Source: an uncultured Verrucomicrobiales bacterium (GTDB taxonomy: Bacteria; Verrucomicrobiota; Verrucomicrobiia; Verrucomicrobiales; DEV007). From it: a stretch of 33,327 bases of DNA. Below the pieces are notes generated by a model. The model was not told the origin of the DNA. It did no database searches and saw nothing but the letters and a program-made list of their open reading frames with translations. Every line of letters starts with the position of its first letter. Position 1 is the first letter of the stretch. Location: assembly GCA_938091905.1 (NCBI GenBank), contig CALKOM010000076.1, forward strand, positions 1 to 33,327. The letters run 5' to 3'. A program made the position numbers and the translations under genes. Of the stretch, positions 29,184 through 33,327 are shown piece after piece.

Positions 29184-29187
29184 AAAA

Positions 29188-31263
29188 CTAACGTCCGCGG
29201 ATCCGATCCCAAAGAGAGCGCTTCTTCGGCTTTGCGTGTACCGTCCGTGGTTTCGGAGCAGGCCCCACTGGTTCTGCGCGTCGGGTCGAATTCGCATTTG
29301 AAGCAGTGGACCGCTTGCGAGTTCGCTTCTTCGTGGTTGCCTGCTGGCCAGAGCCACTAGCATCTTCCTTCACTTTAGTGCCACCTGGCGTCCGAACTTC
29401 AGCAAAGAGATCATTCTGCGGACTGCGACGCGCATAGAGTGAATTGAAAAACTTCTTAGCGATTGGTGCTGCCGTTGTACCACCGCTGGAACCACCTTCA
29501 AACGCCACCGCAAAGGCAAACTGCGGATCGTCCGCAGGAAGGAACCCGGCAAACCAAGTCATCTGCTTGCCTGCTCTCCACTGCGCCGTCCCAGTCTTAG
29601 CAGCCACTTGAGCGTGGGAGCAGTAGCCTTGTCTTCCTGTGCCATGACCTGCATGGACCACGTCAACCATACCCCGACGAATAGCCGCCAACGCCTTTTC
29701 CGCCATTTCCACACGTCCGATGGATTCCTTCTTAGACAGCTCGATGACTTCATTGAGATGGTTCTGCTTCTGCTTGATCAACCGAGCCCGCCAAACGTCG
29801 CTTCCATTAGCAATACCGGTCATCGACTGAGCGACCTGCAGAGGCGTTGCCTCTACGAATCCTTGACCAATGGCGAAATTGGCAACATCACCAAGATACA
29901 TGTGATGCTGGTGATTCTCCATCATCCATGCGTTGGTCGGCAACAGCCCAGGGCTCTCTTCTAACGGAATCTTAGTCAGCTGACCAAAGCCAAAGTTCCG
30001 TGCCTCTCGGACCAAGGGCTCGGCGCCTACTTTCTGGCCCACCGTGTAGAACCACGTGTTGCAGGAGCGCGCGATGGCTTTTTGCAGGGTCATCTTGCCT
30101 TCATTTCGCTTGTGCCAATTCTTCTTCCACTGCGCACCGAGACGGATACGTCCGGGACAATCAAAGTAATCCGTCGTGCGAATAGTGCCCTCCTTCAATG
30201 CCGCTAATGTGATGGGAACCTTAAACGTCGACGCTGGTGGATAGGAAAACTGAAAGGCTCGACCGACAAGCGGCTTATTCTCATCTTCGATCAATTTGGA
30301 GAACTCATCCTGGGAGATGCTCGGCACAAAGTCATTGGGATTAAATCCTGGATTCGATCCCAACGCCAGAATCTCACCATTCTGACAATCAACCACAACC
30401 AATGAACTTCTGTAGTATAATACGTCCTCGGCCAGCTTCTGCATGTTCGCATCGAGGGTCAGGACCACGGTTGAACCCACAACCGGGTGTTGCAGCATGT
30501 CGCGCTCCATCTCATTACCATTTTTGTCAAAGATGATGTTCAGCTTCCCGGGCGTGCCTTTTAGCTCGTCATCGAGGGAAGCCTCAAGGCCTGACTTACC
30601 CTCCCATTCATAAAACATCGGGTCACCATTCTCCAACGGGCCGGTTGGCAGTGGCTTTGTCAGTCCAGTATAACCGACAATGTGACACCCGAGATTCCCA
30701 CGAGGATAGTGGCGTACGTAAACTGGGTGAGCGACTAGCCCGTAGGATGCGAGCTTAGAGCCAATCGCTCCCTTTTGACGATCGGTAAGCTCATGCCGCC
30801 CCACAAAGAGGAAAGGCAACCAACGGCGATTCTTGTGATGCTGGATGAAGTCCTTGGGCTCCTTGATCCAGTAGTCTAACTGATCAGATTCGGTGCTACC
30901 GAAACAAAGAATGTTCAGCTGCTCAAGGGCAGCCATTCCAAAAGCCCCCACTTCCTCGTCGGTTGCATCCGGCATGTGAGGAAACTTGAGCGCCGGAAAG
31001 TAGGCAACGCGATTGGTCGCCAGAGGCCGACCACCGCGGTCAACGATCTGTCCACGAGGTGCCGGAACCGTCAGCACCACCGTCTTCGCTCCCTTCTGCG
31101 TCTGCCACGATGGGACAATCCCCGTCTCTTCCGTCTCGCCATCGGCCAACGCCTCGGCGTCAGACTTGGCACCATCTGACACAGCTGGCTCGGCGCGAAG
31201 CCCGGACAGGATGCTGTAACTGAGACAGAGGAGGAGGGTTAGAAGCTTCGGATTAGCTTTCAT
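29188..31263 (-). CDS. mrdA: Class B penicillin-binding protein, PBP2/MrdA-like
   Basis: PAPRGQIVDR, RHYPRG, GKSGLE, PASTFK (SxxK), SCN (SxN), KTGT, WFAGF. Confidence 0.88.
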   Translation of the reverse strand: MKANPKLLTLLLCLSYSILSGLRAEPAVSDGAKSDAEALADGETEETGIVPSWQTQKGAKTVVLTVPAPRGQIVDRGGRPLATNRVAYFPALKFPHMPDATDEEVGAFGMAALEQLNILCFGSTESDQLDYWIKEPKDFIQHHKNRRWLPFLFVGRHELTDRQKGAIGSKLASYGLVAHPVYVRHYPRGNLGCHIVGYTGLTKPLPTGPLENGDPMFYEWEGKSGLEASLDDELKGTPGKLNIIFDKNGNEMERDMLQHPVVGSTVVLTLDANMQKLAEDVLYYRSSLVVVDCQNGEILALGSNPGFNPNDFVPSISQDEFSKLIEDENKPLVGRAFQFSYPPASTFKVPITLAALKEGTIRTTDYFDCPGRIRLGAQWKKNWHKRNEGKMTLQKAIARSCNTWFYTVGQKVGAEPLVREARNFGFGQLTKIPLEESPGLLPTNAWMMENHQHHMYLGDVANFAIGQGFVEATPLQVAQSMTGIANGSDVWRARLIKQKQNHLNEVIELSKKESIGRVEMAEKALAAIRRGMVDVVHAGHGTGRQGYCSHAQVAAKTGTAQWRAGKQMTWFAGFLPADDPQFAFAVAFEGGSSGGTTAAPIAKKFFNSLYARRSPQNDLFAEVRTPGGTKVKEDASGSGQQATTKKRTRKRSTASNANSTRRAEPVGPAPKPRTVHAKPKKRSLWDRIRGR

Positions 31264-31307
31264 AATATGAGAGACGACGTGAATGTAGGCAAGATGATGT
31301 AGGAAAT

Positions 31308-32918
31308 CTAGGATTGATGCGAGGCAAGGTAGTCGACAATACCCTGAGCAACCTTTTCGCTCACGCCTGGCACGGCAGCGATCTCTTCCATGGTCGCCTT
31401 TCGTAACCGCGAAACGGAGCCGAACGTCTTCAACAAGGTAGCCTTGCGCCGCTCGCTAACTCCAGGACAGTCGTCCAAAATACTCTCATGGATACGACGT
31501 TTCATCAGAAGCTGATGGTAGCCATTGGCGAACCTATGGGCCTCATCGCGAATGCGCTGCAGCAACCGAAGAGCACCCATTTCATGAGGTAGAATGATCG
31601 GCTCGGAGATGCCTGGACGGTAGATCTCCTCATGCTCCTTGGCCAAACCGACAATAGCTAGCCCGCCCAGGCCCAATCTCTGGAGCTCCTTGCAAGCGCT
31701 TGACAATTGCCCTTTGCCACCGTCCACAATGACGAGATCAGGCAAACGAACGAGAGGTTTGCCTCGCCGGTCTACCCGCTGCTCAAGCTCCTCTCCGAGA
31801 CGCCGTATCACCTCGAGAGTATCCTCCTGAGAATCAGCGGCCTCGGGGGTGGCATCATCGACCTGCGACAAAATACGTGCATACCGCCGACGAACCACCT
31901 CCGCCATGCTCGCGAAATCATCCTGACCTTTCACGGTCCTGATCCGATACCGGCGGTAGTTCTTATTATCAGGAAGACCGTTTGTGAAGCGTACCATAGA
32001 AGCGACAACATGTGCGTCCGAGATATTCGAAATATCGAAACACTCCATCACCATGGGTGCCGTTTCTAAATGGATTACCTCCTTCAACTCCTCCACATCC
32101 TGAAGCGCATCCTTCTCGTTGTTCTCTGTCAGCCCACGCTTTGTCCGGGTGAACCGCCGCGCGGGACGAAGAGTCTTGCGCAGATGATCCAGCACATCGC
32201 GCAACTCCGCCGCCCGTTCGAATTGCAAGTTGGCAGCGGCCTTCGACATCTGCTCTTCCAGCTCAACTAATAAATCGCGCGATTTCCCTTCGAGGAATAC
32301 ACAAGCCTCCTCCACCCGTTTCAGGTAATCTTCGCGATCAATCTTCCCAATACATGGCGCCGTGCAATTCCGAATCACATCATCATTGCAATGCTTGTAA
32401 TCTTCCTCCCCAGGCTCAAGTGGACGACAACTCCGCAAACCAAACTGGCGATTCACCCAGGCCACCGTCGTTCGCAGGGCTCCTGAATGCGCAAAGGGAC
32501 CGAAATAACGCGCCCCATCCTCCTTGCGCATGCGTGAAAGTTGAAACTTGGGCCAGGCGTCATCTAAATGCACCTTGAGTAGGAGGAAGCGTTTATCGTC
32601 TCGAAAACTGACATTGTACTTCGGCCGAAACTCCTTAATCAACTTCCCTTCTAACAGAAGACTCTCCGTTTCGTTTCTCACCACATGAACGTCGAAGTCA
32701 TAGATGCTCTTGATCAATGCTCGCGTCTTTAGATCAGACAACGTCTGGCGTGAAGGCGTAAAGTAACTGCTCAGCCGCTTCCGTAAATCCCGCGCTTTGC
32801 CCACATAGATAACGCGATTCAGCCGATCCCGCATCAAATACACACCCGGCTTGTGCGGCACCTCCCGGAGTTTCCCCTTCAGGTCTGCCTTCTCTCGAGG
32901 TGCCGGTGCATCCGCCAT
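31308..32918 (-). CDS. uvrC: Excinuclease ABC subunit C
   Basis: GIY-YIG (PGVYLM...IYVGKA), Cys-rich region, UVR domain FERAAELRD, ECFDISN, DGGKGQ, RDEAHRFA, HhH. Confidence 0.97.
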   Translation of the reverse strand: MADAPAPREKADLKGKLREVPHKPGVYLMRDRLNRVIYVGKARDLRKRLSSYFTPSRQTLSDLKTRALIKSIYDFDVHVVRNETESLLLEGKLIKEFRPKYNVSFRDDKRFLLLKVHLDDAWPKFQLSRMRKEDGARYFGPFAHSGALRTTVAWVNRQFGLRSCRPLEPGEEDYKHCNDDVIRNCTAPCIGKIDREDYLKRVEEACVFLEGKSRDLLVELEEQMSKAAANLQFERAAELRDVLDHLRKTLRPARRFTRTKRGLTENNEKDALQDVEELKEVIHLETAPMVMECFDISNISDAHVVASMVRFTNGLPDNKNYRRYRIRTVKGQDDFASMAEVVRRRYARILSQVDDATPEAADSQEDTLEVIRRLGEELEQRVDRRGKPLVRLPDLVIVDGGKGQLSSACKELQRLGLGGLAIVGLAKEHEEIYRPGISEPIILPHEMGALRLLQRIRDEAHRFANGYHQLLMKRRIHESILDDCPGVSERRKATLLKTFGSVSRLRKATMEEIAAVPGVSEKVAQGIVDYLASHQS

Positions 32919-33155
32919 GAGAGGTCACCGTCCTGCAGGGCCACCAGAAACACAACCATAGATCACGGCCTTCTACGAATCCACGCACAGACGCTCCGCA
33001 TCCCTGAAAAGACCCGCCCAATGGAGTCTCAAGCTATTCTTCCCCTTGCGCGCCGCTTTTCGCAGCAAAATGCTAGACGACGCCTAGAACACCACTACGA
33101 ACCATTGCCGGCTCAGTAGCCGCCTTTGCCGGTGGGTATCTGCTCTTTCAAGGAG

Positions 33156-33327
33156 ATGGGCAATCCGCCCAGTCAGCAGCTTTCGGTCACACTAACCGAG
33201 CCAAAGCATGCGGCTAGCAATCCTACTGCACCACTGCGGACGACCATCTCAGCAGCGCCTCCACTTCCGCTAGATCTGGTCTCGGAGGTGACCTTTGCTC
33301 GATTCGACTCGGACCTCAATCTGCCCC
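33156..33327 (+). CDS. Possible 5' end of a CDS running off the window
   Basis: ATG 33156 opens a stop-free frame (MGNPPSQQLSVTLTEPK...FDSDLNLP) to the window edge; no recognisable motif. Confidence 0.25.
   Translation, partial: MGNPPSQQLSVTLTEPKHAASNPTAPLRTTISAAPPLPLDLVSEVTFARFDSDLNLP

Noticed and set aside
29184..29363. N-terminal extension of DHFR in the ORF track
   Set aside because: Overlaps the PBP gene end; DHFR similarity begins at GTG 29183.
32853..33119. 88-aa + strand ORF and a signal-like frame (TIAGSVAAFAGGYLLF) nearby
   Set aside because: The ORF overlaps the uvrC start; the signal-like frame lacks a standard start codon and stops early. It cannot be resolved at the window edge.

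Overview
A 33.3 kb gene-dense bacterial chromosomal window. Gene content and protein style suggest a free-living Verrucomicrobiota/PVC organism (inference). It opens on the right end of an IS66-family element (TnpC tail plus terminal IR ending CTTAC at 139). Recognisable genes: a Pal/OmpA lipoprotein, a DoxX + Tat-exported Gfo/Idh/MocA + discoidin operon, a DUF3616-like protein, batD/batE, a PDZ-less trypsin protease + DUF3352-like + FG-GAP/VCBS operon, a second Gfo/Idh/MocA, an NAD-dependent epimerase, a SET-domain protein, an EamA transporter, a DEAD-box helicase, ruvC, lipB, clpS, an orphan DNA methyltransferase, TMEM220-like + M81 peptidase, pgl, fabG, ruvX, ligA, eda, folA, a PBP2-like protein and uvrC. 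No tRNA, rRNA or CRISPR array was seen. Most notable: (1) a SET/post-SET lysine methyltransferase fused to a histone-H1-like Lys/Ala tail, directly preceded by (2) a promoter-flanked 76-nt RNA hairpin whose G-U pairs work only on the + strand (candidate sRNA); (3) an all-exported protease/DUF3352-like/FG-GAP trio of unknown function; (4) a 45-aa membrane microprotein missed by the ORF track; (5) a perfect 13-bp inverted repeat between divergent genes. Family calls come from motif recognition by eye; no database searches were run.
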